Positions 39,019 to 49,172 of a stretch of DNA of 64,000 nucleotides are shown in pieces. Made by a program: the position numbers and the translations under genes. The stretch lies in contig JAWPOF010000007.1 in assembly GCA_033345275.1 (NCBI GenBank), forward strand, positions 100,636-164,635. Direction: 5' to 3'. This DNA is from Alphaproteobacteria bacterium. Lineage in GTDB: Bacteria > Pseudomonadota > Alphaproteobacteria > Rs-D84. Position 1 is the stretch's first letter, and each line of letters opens with the position of its first letter. The notes beneath the pieces were generated by a model. That model searched no databases. It was not told the DNA's origin and saw nothing but the letters and a program-made list of their open reading frames with translations.

Positions 39019-39183
39019 GTGCGCTTTTGTTACGCTATTGAAAAAAGAGGATTAAATTACTATAATAATCTAAAGTGAGGATATAAAATGGTGCAATCTA
39101 TTGAAATTAATCCGAATTTATCTGGTTTTTTGTCATCGTTTAGAGAAAAAAGTTGGAATTAGTATGTGATAAATCGTACTATG

Positions 39184-39197
39184 TTCATACTCCGCCA
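39184..39197 (+). repeat. att-core-like copy of the tRNA-Ser 3' end (ttcatactccgcca)
   Basis: 13 of 14 nt match cttcatctccgcca at 22391-22404; embedded in a ~100-bp element also present at 49255-49400. Confidence 0.5.
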
Positions 39198-39295
39198 CAA
39201 AAATCAAACGCCCGATATGGGCGTTTTATTTTTGTGCCGAAATAAGGGGCTCCCCCAACAAGCCACGATAGTGGTGGGGGGCAAAGAGTAGGTCT

Positions 39296-41929
39296 TTACT
39301 GAGTTGATTCCAGCTGTCCCAGGATTATATCACTCACAGACAGTTCGTCTGCAATTACATATGATATTGCATCTTTTGCTACTGTGCCAACGTTATACAG
39401 ATCCGTTTGAGCCTGTTTTATTATATTTATAACCTTGGCAGGTGCACTAATTTTGATGTTTGTTACCGGGGTTTTTAGGCTAACATTAGCATTTGTTTTT
39501 TCTTTCCTAATTTCGCTACTTATTACACTCAGCGCATCATACAATTCAGTGCTTTCTGCTATTTTGTTATCAAAATCTTCCATTTTTGGCCATGGCTCTA
39601 AATGGATTGTTTTTCCTTTGGCCCAACTGCACGCCTGATAGATTTCTTCTGTTACAAACGGACAGAATGGTGCAAATAGCTTAACGAAAGTATCAAGCGA
39701 GAACATCAATGCATTAATAGCAGATTTATTGTCAGAGTTGTATGCTCGTCCTTTTACAATTTCAAGATAGTTATTGCAGAAATCCCAGAAGGCTTTTTCA
39801 ATAATATCCAAGGCCTGTGCGTAATCATTTTGTGCAAAACTTTTACTAGCTCCTTTTACTGCATCAGACAATTTTTTTAACCAAGATTTATCTGTTGGCT
39901 CTATAATATTCGACTTGTAGTCATCTTTGATATTGATGTGTGCGTTTTCGACAATGTTCAGAACGAATTTACTGGCGTTAAAGATTTTTGTAACCAGTTT
40001 CTTGCCTTGTTCCATTATTTGTTCTTCAAAAACTGCATCAGCTCCCAATTTTGCCCTAGAAGCCCAATAACGTACCGCATCAGACGAGTATTTAACTATT
40101 AAATTCATCGGGGTAATTACATTGCCTTTAGATTTACTCATTTTCTTGCGGTCTGGATCCATGATAAATCCGCTGATAAAGCAACGTTTCCACGGAATTG
40201 TGTTTTCGTGCAACAATGCCTTGGCAATGGTATAAAACGCCCAGGTTCTGATTATGTCGTGTGATTGTGGTCTGACATCAAACGGCAAAGACAGATTTGT
40301 TTTGTCGGATGCACAATTTATCGCAATTTGTGGTGTCAACGAAGAAGTTGCCCATGTGTCCATAACGTCTTTGTCACCAACAAAACCATTTGGTTGTCCA
40401 CGTTGTTCTTCGGTATATCCTGTTGGAACATCAGACATCGGATCGACCGGCAGGTCTTCTTTACGTGCAAAAATAGGATTGTTATAGTCAACATTGCCAT
40501 TTTCATTAATTGGATACCACACCGGGAACGGTACGCCAAAGAAACGCTGGCGACTGATGCACCAGTCTTGGTTCAATCCTTTGGTCCAGTTTTCATATCT
40601 GCTGTGCATGTGTGCAGGGAACCAATCAATCTTATTTCCAGCGTCAATCATACGTTCTTTTTCTTGCATCAAACTGATGAACCATTGTCTGGACGACACA
40701 AATTCCAGGGGTAATGCACCTTTTTCATAAAATTTAACAGGGTGCACAATTTCCTTTAAGTCGCCTTTCAAGGTGCCGTCCTCTTTTAGCATTTCAACAA
40801 TTTTGTCTTGTGCTTCTTTGATTGTTAATCCTGCGATTTTATTAAAGTTTCGTTGTGCTTTTTCTTTGTTTAGTGTGACAAATGCACCTTCACCATATAC
40901 AATGTTCGCGATTTTACCATCTTTGCCAATAATCTGTTTAATTGGCAAACCGGATTGCTTCCACCATTGCACATCGGTAATATCGCCAAATGTACAAACC
41001 ATCATTATGCCAGTGCCTTTGTCCATTTCTGCGTTTTCAGACGGTACGATTGGCACAGGGATGTCAAACAACGGAGTGATAGCATTTTTACCAAAGAACT
41101 TTTTATATCTTTCGTCTGCCGGGTTTGCAACAATTGCTATACAAGCTGGTAATAACACAGGGCGTGTTGTTGCGATAATAAAAGTATCTTCTTCGCCTTC
41201 GACCTTGAACTCAATATCGTGAAAATAACCTTTTACTTCGCGATCTTCTATTTCTGCCTGGGCGATTGCAGATTGGAAAGTGATATCCCACATTGTTGGA
41301 GCTTCAACAGATTGTGCCATGCCTGCAGCAACCAAATCCAAGAAAGAAGCTTGGGATATTGCGATTGAATCTTTGCCAATGGTCGAATATTGTAAATCCC
41401 AATCATAAGAATTGCCAATCTTTTTAAAAATTTCTTCAAAAATCTTTTCATCTTCTTTGGTCAGAATTTCACAAGCTTCTATAAAATTCTTTCTAGAAAC
41501 TTCAATACGATCTGACATGTCACCTGGATTATGAACAGGTTTGAAATTTGGGTTGTATGGAACGGATGGATTGCATGCGATGTTATAATAATTTTGTACA
41601 CGTCTTTCCGTCGGCAATCCATTGTCGTCCCAACCAATTGGAAAGAAAATGTTTTTGCCAGACATTCTTTGGAATCTTGCTACTACGTCTGTTTGAACAT
41701 AACTGAATATGTGGCCAATATGCAAAGACCCCGACACTGTTGGGGGCGGTGTATCAATCATATAAGTATCCCCCCTGGGGGTGTTTGGATTGTATTTATA
41801 AACCTCATTGTCTGCCCAAAATTTTATACATCTTTGTTCAATCTCTTCAAAATTAATTTTTTTGTCCAAAGATTTTTGTTCTTTATATGTCATAGTAAGA
41901 TCCATTCTAAATTCTATTGTTTGTCTCAA
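39296..41929 (-). CDS. valS: valyl-tRNA synthetase, short archaeal/rickettsial-type (877 aa, no bacterial C-terminal coiled-coil)
   Basis: PPPTVSGSLHIGH (HIGH) and KMSKSKGN motifs; editing-domain insertion; ValRS-like N-terminus. Confidence 0.8.
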   Translation of the reverse strand: MRQTIEFRMDLTMTYKEQKSLDKKINFEEIEQRCIKFWADNEVYKYNPNTPRGDTYMIDTPPPTVSGSLHIGHIFSYVQTDVVARFQRMSGKNIFFPIGWDDNGLPTERRVQNYYNIACNPSVPYNPNFKPVHNPGDMSDRIEVSRKNFIEACEILTKEDEKIFEEIFKKIGNSYDWDLQYSTIGKDSIAISQASFLDLVAAGMAQSVEAPTMWDITFQSAIAQAEIEDREVKGYFHDIEFKVEGEEDTFIIATTRPVLLPACIAIVANPADERYKKFFGKNAITPLFDIPVPIVPSENAEMDKGTGIMMVCTFGDITDVQWWKQSGLPIKQIIGKDGKIANIVYGEGAFVTLNKEKAQRNFNKIAGLTIKEAQDKIVEMLKEDGTLKGDLKEIVHPVKFYEKGALPLEFVSSRQWFISLMQEKERMIDAGNKIDWFPAHMHSRYENWTKGLNQDWCISRQRFFGVPFPVWYPINENGNVDYNNPIFARKEDLPVDPMSDVPTGYTEEQRGQPNGFVGDKDVMDTWATSSLTPQIAINCASDKTNLSLPFDVRPQSHDIIRTWAFYTIAKALLHENTIPWKRCFISGFIMDPDRKKMSKSKGNVITPMNLIVKYSSDAVRYWASRAKLGADAVFEEQIMEQGKKLVTKIFNASKFVLNIVENAHINIKDDYKSNIIEPTDKSWLKKLSDAVKGASKSFAQNDYAQALDIIEKAFWDFCNNYLEIVKGRAYNSDNKSAINALMFSLDTFVKLFAPFCPFVTEEIYQACSWAKGKTIHLEPWPKMEDFDNKIAESTELYDALSVISSEIRKEKTNANVSLKTPVTNIKISAPAKVINIIKQAQTDLYNVGTVAKDAISYVIADELSVSDIILGQLESTQ

Positions 41930-42021
41930 AGTTTCCGTTAATTCTACAAAAAAAAAGCCCTAACGCAAGCAATAAATTGTCTGCAACGTCTTGACAAACA
42001 ATAATTTTAAGGAGACGATTT

Positions 42022-43233
42022 ATGGGTTCTAGCGTACGTTTTATAAATCGTATAACAAACGACTTTCCTATGTTATCAAGGAATGTCAATGGAACAAGAC
42101 TTGTTTATCTAGATAGTGCAGCGACCTCATTAAAACCGAATAAAGTCATATCCAAAATCAATAATTTTTATAATTCCAGTACATCAAATGTGTATCGTGG
42201 GACCTCTGTTTTATCAGAAGAAACAACATTGGAGTTTAACGAAGTTAGATGCAAAGTAGCAGATTTTATTGGTGCAAATCATCAAGAAGTAATATTTACA
42301 TCTGGTGCCACAGATTCTATAAATAAATTAAGTTTGATGCTTGGTTTGAAAGAAAATGATGTTGTTTTGACTACGTTGTTGGAACATCATTCCAATTTTT
42401 TACCGTGGCAATGTCGGGCAAAAACGAAAATAATCAAGCTTGATATAAATGGAAATATTGATATCGATAATCTGGAACGGGCGATAGATGCGAATACAAA
42501 ATTGGTTGCTTTCAGTTTTGCTTCTAATGTAACAGGGAATATACAGGATGTTCGTAAAATTGTAGAAGTGTGTAAAAAACATTCCGTTTTATCATTGGTG
42601 GACGCAACTCAGGTCGCAGGACACATAAGTTTTAATGTCAAAGACATCGATTGTGATTTTCTTGTTTTTTCGGCTCATAAAATGTTAGGACCCTCAGGTG
42701 TTGGGGTTTTATATGTTCACAACAGAAATTTTCCCAACTTATTGCCGGCCTTCTATGGGGGTGGTATGGTGGATAAAATAACTGGTTCCGAAGTTAAATA
42801 CAAAGTTCCGCCATTTTGTTTTGAGTCAGGAACCCCAAACATAGAAGGGGTCTTGGGTTTTGGGGGGGCAATAGATTATATCAATGAAATAGGTTTACAC
42901 AATGTACATAAATATCTGGAAGAAATTGATAGTTATCTAATTTCTCAAATTCAAACATTGCCCAAAATTATTCTGCCGTTTAAGATATCAAAAACGCATC
43001 TGCCGAATTTAACGTTTTGTTTGAAAAACACTGGTGTTGACATTGGGTATTTAGCTAGGGTACTGTCGGATACTTATGGTATAGTGTTAAATACGGGCTA
43101 TCAGTGTTGTCAACCATTATATAACAATTACGGCATAAATGGAGGAATACGGGTTTCCTGTTATTTGTATAATACAAAGCAAGACATAGACTGTTTAATA
43201 AATGCGTTAAAAGATTTGGAGTTTATGCTATGA
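42022..43233 (+). CDS. cysteine desulfurase-like PLP enzyme (aminotransferase class V, SufS/CsdA-like)
   Basis: SAHKMLGPSGVGVLYV PLP-lysine motif and GYQCCQPL catalytic-cysteine loop (cf. SufS GHHCAQPL). Confidence 0.7.
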   Translation: MGSSVRFINRITNDFPMLSRNVNGTRLVYLDSAATSLKPNKVISKINNFYNSSTSNVYRGTSVLSEETTLEFNEVRCKVADFIGANHQEVIFTSGATDSINKLSLMLGLKENDVVLTTLLEHHSNFLPWQCRAKTKIIKLDINGNIDIDNLERAIDANTKLVAFSFASNVTGNIQDVRKIVEVCKKHSVLSLVDATQVAGHISFNVKDIDCDFLVFSAHKMLGPSGVGVLYVHNRNFPNLLPAFYGGGMVDKITGSEVKYKVPPFCFESGTPNIEGVLGFGGAIDYINEIGLHNVHKYLEEIDSYLISQIQTLPKIILPFKISKTHLPNLTFCLKNTGVDIGYLARVLSDTYGIVLNTGYQCCQPLYNNYGINGGIRVSCYLYNTKQDIDCLINALKDLEFML

Positions 43234-44126
43234 TAAAAAATAGGCTAATTAATATAGAGTCTTCTTCTTTTTGTAATGCGAATTGCGCCATGTGTCCGCG
43301 TGATGTGATAAAAGAAAAAGGACATATGAGTCCTGCTATGGCTAGCATTATTGCACAAAAAATAAAAGATGTTCCCAACATATACGAAGTTTCTATTTCA
43401 GGCAGGGGAGAACCGAGTCTGAACCCAAATATTGAAAAGCTGCTAGAAATTTTCTCTTCCCTGCCTAACTTGGCATTGGTTACAACAGGGACTCGTGTTA
43501 ATGATAGTATATTAGAAGCTTTAAATAAATACGTATCTAAATTGCGACTGTCCATCAGTTCCCTGGCCCCAGACATTTTTCAAAAAGTGCACACAACGTT
43601 GGATTATAACAAAGTGTGGGGCAATATTGAAAATATTATTCAAACTTATGACAAGAATAAGATAGTTATTCATCTTGTTGGTGGGCCGGTGATTTATCCG
43701 GGGTTGGAACAGACGATAGCGTTCTTCAAAGAACGTGGTGTTGATAATATTAAACTGTTCCCGTTATGGAACAGGGGGGGCAGCAAATCCCAGAACTCTG
43801 AACAGCTTCTGCGTTATAGTTTAATAGATAAGTATGGATTAATTGCGCCAGAAAGCGACTATTTGTCAAAAAGCGAACTAGAAAGCATTCAAAACAAGCC
43901 TGATTTTTGTCCCGTTGGTGATTCCAGTTTGTGCATAAATTTCAAAGGGGAAATAGTTGGCTGCTTCCAAGATTTTGCCTATGATAATATTGTTGGAAAA
44001 ATTACTGATGATACACTGGATATAAACAATCTGTTATTAACCAGAAGGGCTATTTTAGGCAAAATGAATGTTTGCAAAAAATGTAATTCATTTCGTGAAT
44101 TGGTAGGTAAAAATGCTCAGCGATAA
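43230..44126 (+). CDS. radical SAM enzyme with C-terminal SPASM/twitch-like Cys cluster
   Basis: CNANCAMC (Cx3Cx2C), GRGEPSL, and C-terminal CPVGDSSLC...GC...CKKC. Confidence 0.7.
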   Translation: MIKNRLINIESSSFCNANCAMCPRDVIKEKGHMSPAMASIIAQKIKDVPNIYEVSISGRGEPSLNPNIEKLLEIFSSLPNLALVTTGTRVNDSILEALNKYVSKLRLSISSLAPDIFQKVHTTLDYNKVWGNIENIIQTYDKNKIVIHLVGGPVIYPGLEQTIAFFKERGVDNIKLFPLWNRGGSKSQNSEQLLRYSLIDKYGLIAPESDYLSKSELESIQNKPDFCPVGDSSLCINFKGEIVGCFQDFAYDNIVGKITDDTLDINNLLLTRRAILGKMNVCKKCNSFRELVGKNAQR

Positions 44127-45456
44127 TGATGTAAAGCAAGAATTACATAGGCTGTTTTTGTCCGTCCCTGCTACGAACCTACATAATGTCGGAATAGAAA
44201 TAGAGCTATCCATTGTAAGCAAAGAAGAAGACTATTCCGGCGATCATAGTCATGACCTGCAAAATTTTATAATAAATCATCTAAACTTTATACAGCTCTT
44301 TCCTGATAAACTAATATTTAGACACAAGACAGAAAAAGATATTATTTCCTTTGAATACAGTATCAATACCCTAGAGTTTTCAATGGAAAAATCCGATAGT
44401 TTAATGAAGATCAAAAAACGTTTTTTGGGTTATTATGATGCACTGCAAAATTTCATGAAAACTAAAAATCTTATGTTGTGCGGTTGTGGTTTGCATCCGC
44501 ATTGGCAAAAAATAAATACGCGAGCATTGGAATTGCCACATTATCAATTGACAGAGTATTATTTAGCACAGGGGGCTAAGGAATCGTATTTGCATAATCA
44601 TGATGATTTTTGTGCGTATTCATGTGCAGTACAAACACACATTGATATAAATCATAGTATTCCAGAACTTTTAAACATATATTCATTTTTAGGTTGTATC
44701 AAAGGATTCCTGTTTTCAAATTCTGTTGACCTGACCCAAACATGTGACTTCCAAGGAATGGCATGCGTCAGGGACTATTTATGGTGGCACAGCATGTTTG
44801 CGTTTTGTTCAGAGAATGTTGGCTATTATCACGATATAAAAACAAATGATGATATTATCGACAATATGTTGCAACGCAGTATGTATTATGTTTGTCGCGA
44901 TAATGAATACCTATATATTGGACCGTACAAACTTGCTGAATACTTTTCTAAAGACAGCGTGCTTGCATATAATATATTTACAGGCAATAAAACAACATTG
45001 TCGCCACAGATTACAGATTTACAGTATTTTCGTTCATACAAGGCAATAGAACTAACAAAGCGTCATACCATAGAAATCCGTGATGATTGTCAACAGCCTG
45101 TTTATGATACCTTTGGTCCATGTGCATTTAATCTTGGTATATCAGAGGCTCTGCCCGAAGCATACTCTTTGATAGACAAACTTTGTAAAGATATGAGAAT
45201 AGATTTCTATAATTTTATAAACAATCGTAGGTTGTCAACGTCTCTTAACCCAATGCTAAGTGAGTTTGTCCTAGATAAGTGGCGTATTTATTGCAGAGAA
45301 TTTGTCTTGATTGCACGTAAGGGGTTGCAGAAAAGAAATCTGGGTGAAGAAGAATTATTAGATAGTGTTTTGAAACGACACGACATCTTAGAAAACCCTG
45401 CAAAAGTCGCGTACAAAAAATGGCACTGTGATAATGTGTTACTTGGTATAGATTAA
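44113..45456 (+). CDS. carboxylate-amine ligase, glutamate-cysteine ligase family 2 (GCS2/YbdK-like)
   Basis: VGIEIELSIV N-terminal motif; about 450 aa; overlaps the rSAM stop. Confidence 0.5.
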   Translation: MLSDNDVKQELHRLFLSVPATNLHNVGIEIELSIVSKEEDYSGDHSHDLQNFIINHLNFIQLFPDKLIFRHKTEKDIISFEYSINTLEFSMEKSDSLMKIKKRFLGYYDALQNFMKTKNLMLCGCGLHPHWQKINTRALELPHYQLTEYYLAQGAKESYLHNHDDFCAYSCAVQTHIDINHSIPELLNIYSFLGCIKGFLFSNSVDLTQTCDFQGMACVRDYLWWHSMFAFCSENVGYYHDIKTNDDIIDNMLQRSMYYVCRDNEYLYIGPYKLAEYFSKDSVLAYNIFTGNKTTLSPQITDLQYFRSYKAIELTKRHTIEIRDDCQQPVYDTFGPCAFNLGISEALPEAYSLIDKLCKDMRIDFYNFINNRRLSTSLNPMLSEFVLDKWRIYCREFVLIARKGLQKRNLGEEELLDSVLKRHDILENPAKVAYKKWHCDNVLLGID

Positions 45457-45475
45457 CAGAAAAAAGGAAAATCTT

Positions 45476-46411
45476 ATGAAAAAAGTTGGTTTATGGTTTT
45501 ATCGTAATGATGGCGGCCAAAAGGTGTTAACAAAACTGATCGCAGAATTACAAAACAGGGGTTATGAGGTAATTTCTGATTTTGATATGAGAAAATGCTA
45601 TATTCTTAATGGTAAAGTGTATACTGCAGATGGGTATAATCTTTCTGCGTTAGATGCTTTTTATCACATGAATGCCGATGAACAAAACCAATTTCAAAAT
45701 GATATTTTAAATGTTTTAAGCAAATCAAACGTAAAGGTATTTAATCATTATGATGCTTTTAGTGTTGCCAAAGACAAAATGCTTGCAAATAGCCTTTTGC
45801 GTGATTCTGGTCTATCTGTTCCACCATCATTATTTATTGGGGCTGAGTTCGATAAAAATATAATAAAGCAAGTATTTAGCGACTGGAAAAAGGTTGTTTT
45901 GAAACCACGCCGAAATCATGGAGGAAAGGGTATATTAATGTTTGATGATTATGAAAAATTTGACGACTTTTGTCAGGCGACTAAGGGATTCTATAATGAT
46001 TATTATTTAGAAAAGTTCATAGAATTTGGAACTCATGATTATCGTATAGAGGTATTTGATGGCAAGGTCATAGGTGGGTATAGCCGTCAAAGAACCCATG
46101 CCTTTAAAACAAATATTAGTTCTGGTGGGCAGCATATTTATATTCCTGTGAACAAAGAGTGCGAAGATATTGCATTAAAAGCTGCCGCCTCTATTGGTAT
46201 AACTACGACTATTGTAGATATGATAAAATCTGTTGAAGATAACCAATATTATATTCTAGAAGTCAATCCGATTATGGGGATTTTTTTAGAGTCTGCAATT
46301 TCTTCGGGGGAAAGGTTCCCAGCACCAGACATCATAGAACAACAACTTTGCTCGGATGGAACCAAAATAAAGTGTATTGCAGATTATTTTGATAAAATTT
46401 TGTTTAATTAA
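45476..46411 (+). CDS. ATP-grasp ligase, RimK/glutathione-synthetase-like
   Basis: KPRRNHGGKGI, HDYRIEVFDGKVIGGYSRQ, ILEVNP ATP-grasp motifs. Confidence 0.65.
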   Translation: MKKVGLWFYRNDGGQKVLTKLIAELQNRGYEVISDFDMRKCYILNGKVYTADGYNLSALDAFYHMNADEQNQFQNDILNVLSKSNVKVFNHYDAFSVAKDKMLANSLLRDSGLSVPPSLFIGAEFDKNIIKQVFSDWKKVVLKPRRNHGGKGILMFDDYEKFDDFCQATKGFYNDYYLEKFIEFGTHDYRIEVFDGKVIGGYSRQRTHAFKTNISSGGQHIYIPVNKECEDIALKAAASIGITTTIVDMIKSVEDNQYYILEVNPIMGIFLESAISSGERFPAPDIIEQQLCSDGTKIKCIADYFDKILFN

Positions 46412-46427
46412 AACAAGGAGGGAACAT

Positions 46428-47177
46428 ATGTCATTAGATAGCCCGATATTTATCGCAGTGTCATCTTGTAATGCTAATGTGGACATAAATTTTTCAAGGT
46501 CGCAGCGTCTTTCTTATGTGTCCGATGCTTATGTTAGATTAATTTCGGATTATGGGGCAGTACCATTGATTATTCCATCCAACATTGGGATTGAACACAT
46601 TGATGGGGTTGCTTCTATTTGTCATGGATTGCTGTTGTTGGGCGGTCCTGATATTTCTTCAGATTTATCATGTGCCGTTCCTGGGGGTGCAATAGATGCC
46701 ATTAATAAATCAGATAGCAAGCGAGATGATTTTGAGCTGGCGTTGTATAAATCGTTTGTTTCTTACAATAAGCCTGTTTTAGGAATTTGTCGTGGTATGC
46801 AAATCATAAATGTCGCCCATGGCGGAACGTTGGTTCAAAATCTTGACACGTCGCTAAATCATTATATAGAAAGCGATGGTTGGATAAACTACCACGAAAT
46901 AAAAATAGTTACAAAGACAAAGGTATATGAACTAATGAATTGTGATAAGTATGTGACCTCATCCATTCATCATCAAGGCATAGATAAGTTAGGTGATAAA
47001 TTGAAGGTGGCTGCATATTCTGAAGATGGGGTGATCGAAATGATAGAATCAGAAGATAAAAACCGCTTTGTCATCGGAATACAGGGACACCCAGAAAAAA
47101 CAAGAACAAATTTGCCAAAATACGAAACCATATTTAGTGAATTTATTAAAACCGCAGGAAAACATAATGAACAATAG
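46428..47177 (+). CDS. class I glutamine-amidotransferase-like gamma-glutamyl hydrolase (peptidase C26, PuuD-like)
   Basis: GICRGMQ nucleophile elbow, HHQ and QGHPE; start at the internal Met with aaggaggg RBS. Confidence 0.65.
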   Translation: MSLDSPIFIAVSSCNANVDINFSRSQRLSYVSDAYVRLISDYGAVPLIIPSNIGIEHIDGVASICHGLLLLGGPDISSDLSCAVPGGAIDAINKSDSKRDDFELALYKSFVSYNKPVLGICRGMQIINVAHGGTLVQNLDTSLNHYIESDGWINYHEIKIVTKTKVYELMNCDKYVTSSIHHQGIDKLGDKLKVAAYSEDGVIEMIESEDKNRFVIGIQGHPEKTRTNLPKYETIFSEFIKTAGKHNEQ

Positions 47178-48351
47178 TTATCTCGATCTAAAATTATATA
47201 AAGATTTATATTCAAATACGGTGGCACAAAAAAATCAAATGGGTATACCTTATTTGTTTAAGCAAGATATCGTACGCGGCTTTCCGCTTAATTTTATGAC
47301 CCAACGCCTTAAACAGTTAATAGCCGAAGATAAAATAGAATATACAACAACATCTGGTACGACATCGGATAGAATGCAAATCATGCGAAACAAGGGCTGG
47401 TGGCAAAATGAATATATCAGAACTTATAAAAACCATCCGCTTTTGCATAAAGTTATACAAGACAAATTGCCAAAGGCAATTTTGACGACAGCCATTTGTT
47501 CAAATACAGTGTGTTATTTAAATACGCCGTCTTATGAAGAACGCATAATAAATGGTACTTTATATCTTAATTACCAACATAATCCATGGGATTGGACCAA
47601 AGAAGATATTTTACAGATTATAGACGAAATGAAACGTTTTAATGTCTATTATTTAGATGTTGATCCTATTTATTTTTATATATTCTTGTATAAAATGAAA
47701 CAATACAATATTACTAAACCATTGCCACAACCCAAAGTGATGACACTTAGTTATGAATATTCTCCAATCAGTATAACATCATACATAAAGCAGACCATGT
47801 CTTGTCCGGTACTTGATTTATACGGCACAACAGAGTTTGGCTATGTTTTTTTGACAAACCAAGATGGCGAGTTGGCGTTATGCCCTGAATTGTTGGATGT
47901 GGATTTTATCCAAATTGAAAACGCAGATAATCTTTACGAATTGGTAATTTCGTCATTTAAGAACGAGCATATGCCACTTATAAATTATCGTATGGGCGAC
48001 ATAGTTGAAATGACTAAAAATCAATATGATAAATTCAAAGAACATGGGATTATCACTAGAATAGCAGGAAGAACAAAAAATCTTATAAAAAACAATGGTA
48101 AAACTATTGTAGTATCAACAATAGATGACATTATTAGCAAATATAAAACAATTGCTTTTTATCAACTGTCTATAATTAGCAATAAGCGTTACAATATAAA
48201 ATTGTTGTTACATCCGGACGCTTATTTATCTGTTGTTGAACTAAATAGTTTGAATCAAGAATTACAGGATTTATTGTGTGGAGATGTTGATTGCTCTATA
48301 GGTGAAACGATAGCTCCAGAAATGTCAGGGAAATTTGCTCTTATAAAATAA
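47167..48351 (+). CDS. adenylate-forming enzyme, PaaK/CapK/F390-synthetase-like
   Basis: TSGTTSDR adenylation core motif; overlaps the upstream stop by 11 nt. Confidence 0.55.
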   Translation: MNNSYLDLKLYKDLYSNTVAQKNQMGIPYLFKQDIVRGFPLNFMTQRLKQLIAEDKIEYTTTSGTTSDRMQIMRNKGWWQNEYIRTYKNHPLLHKVIQDKLPKAILTTAICSNTVCYLNTPSYEERIINGTLYLNYQHNPWDWTKEDILQIIDEMKRFNVYYLDVDPIYFYIFLYKMKQYNITKPLPQPKVMTLSYEYSPISITSYIKQTMSCPVLDLYGTTEFGYVFLTNQDGELALCPELLDVDFIQIENADNLYELVISSFKNEHMPLINYRMGDIVEMTKNQYDKFKEHGIITRIAGRTKNLIKNNGKTIVVSTIDDIISKYKTIAFYQLSIISNKRYNIKLLLHPDAYLSVVELNSLNQELQDLLCGDVDCSIGETIAPEMSGKFALIK

Positions 48352-48413
48352 ATGCAAAAATCCCTGTAAATTCCCTGTAAAAGCGGAATTTGTATGTGGT
48401 TCTTCGTATTGTA

Positions 48414-48427
48414 TTCATACTCCGCCA
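48414..48427 (+). repeat. att-core-like copy of the tRNA-Ser 3' end (ttcatactccgcca)
   Basis: Identical to the 39184 copy. Confidence 0.45.
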
Positions 48428-48575
48428 GTAATATTGAACATCCCGTGGTAATCCCACGGGTTGTTCTTTTTCGCCCCGTTTCCGGCAGTTTTTATGGGTG
48501 ACATTACCTGCGTATATCACCGTCCGCGCCAAATCCGCCCAACACCACTGCAACTATATAACTTGCCCAAAAATG

Positions 48576-49172
48576 TTATGCCCGTTTTGGGTAGTTTTTG
48601 TGTTCTTTCAAATAATCTGAATATAGTTTTGACCATGTCATTAAATCATAAAATTTTTTGTTCATATAAACTGCCTGTCTAGAAACGCCATCTAAAATAA
48701 AACCAGTTTGTTCAGCTAGCTTTGCAGAATCTTTATTTTCTACAATATTTACACGCATGATTTTATTAACCTTTAGTTTATTAAATGCGATTTCTTCTAT
48801 AGCGCGGTATGATTCTGCGGCAAAACCATGACCACGAGCATTTGATAGCAACCATACGGTGTTTAATTTTAATGATAGGTTCTCTTTATAAAAAGATATT
48901 TTTCGGACGCCGATGAACTGACTATTATGAAATATATAAAATATACATGCATCGTTTTTTTCGCTTTCTGCATGATATTGCATCATTTTCAAGGTATCAG
49001 AGACAGATGTTGGCAGTATTTTTGGGGTTTTCATCAAAGGTTCATATTTATAATCTTGTGGATTTTCATTTTTTAACGCAGCAAATATGATTTTTGCATT
49101 TTGTATATTAGGTTCTAAATGTTTTAACACTAATCTTGCAGAGCGTAAATCTTTTGAAAAATATTTTATCAT
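48576..49172 (-). CDS. GNAT N-acetyltransferase, RimJ/RimL-like
   Basis: 198 aa; NARGHGFAAE acetyl-CoA motif. Confidence 0.65.
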   Translation of the reverse strand: MIKYFSKDLRSARLVLKHLEPNIQNAKIIFAALKNENPQDYKYEPLMKTPKILPTSVSDTLKMMQYHAESEKNDACIFYIFHNSQFIGVRKISFYKENLSLKLNTVWLLSNARGHGFAAESYRAIEEIAFNKLKVNKIMRVNIVENKDSAKLAEQTGFILDGVSRQAVYMNKKFYDLMTWSKLYSDYLKEHKNYPKRA

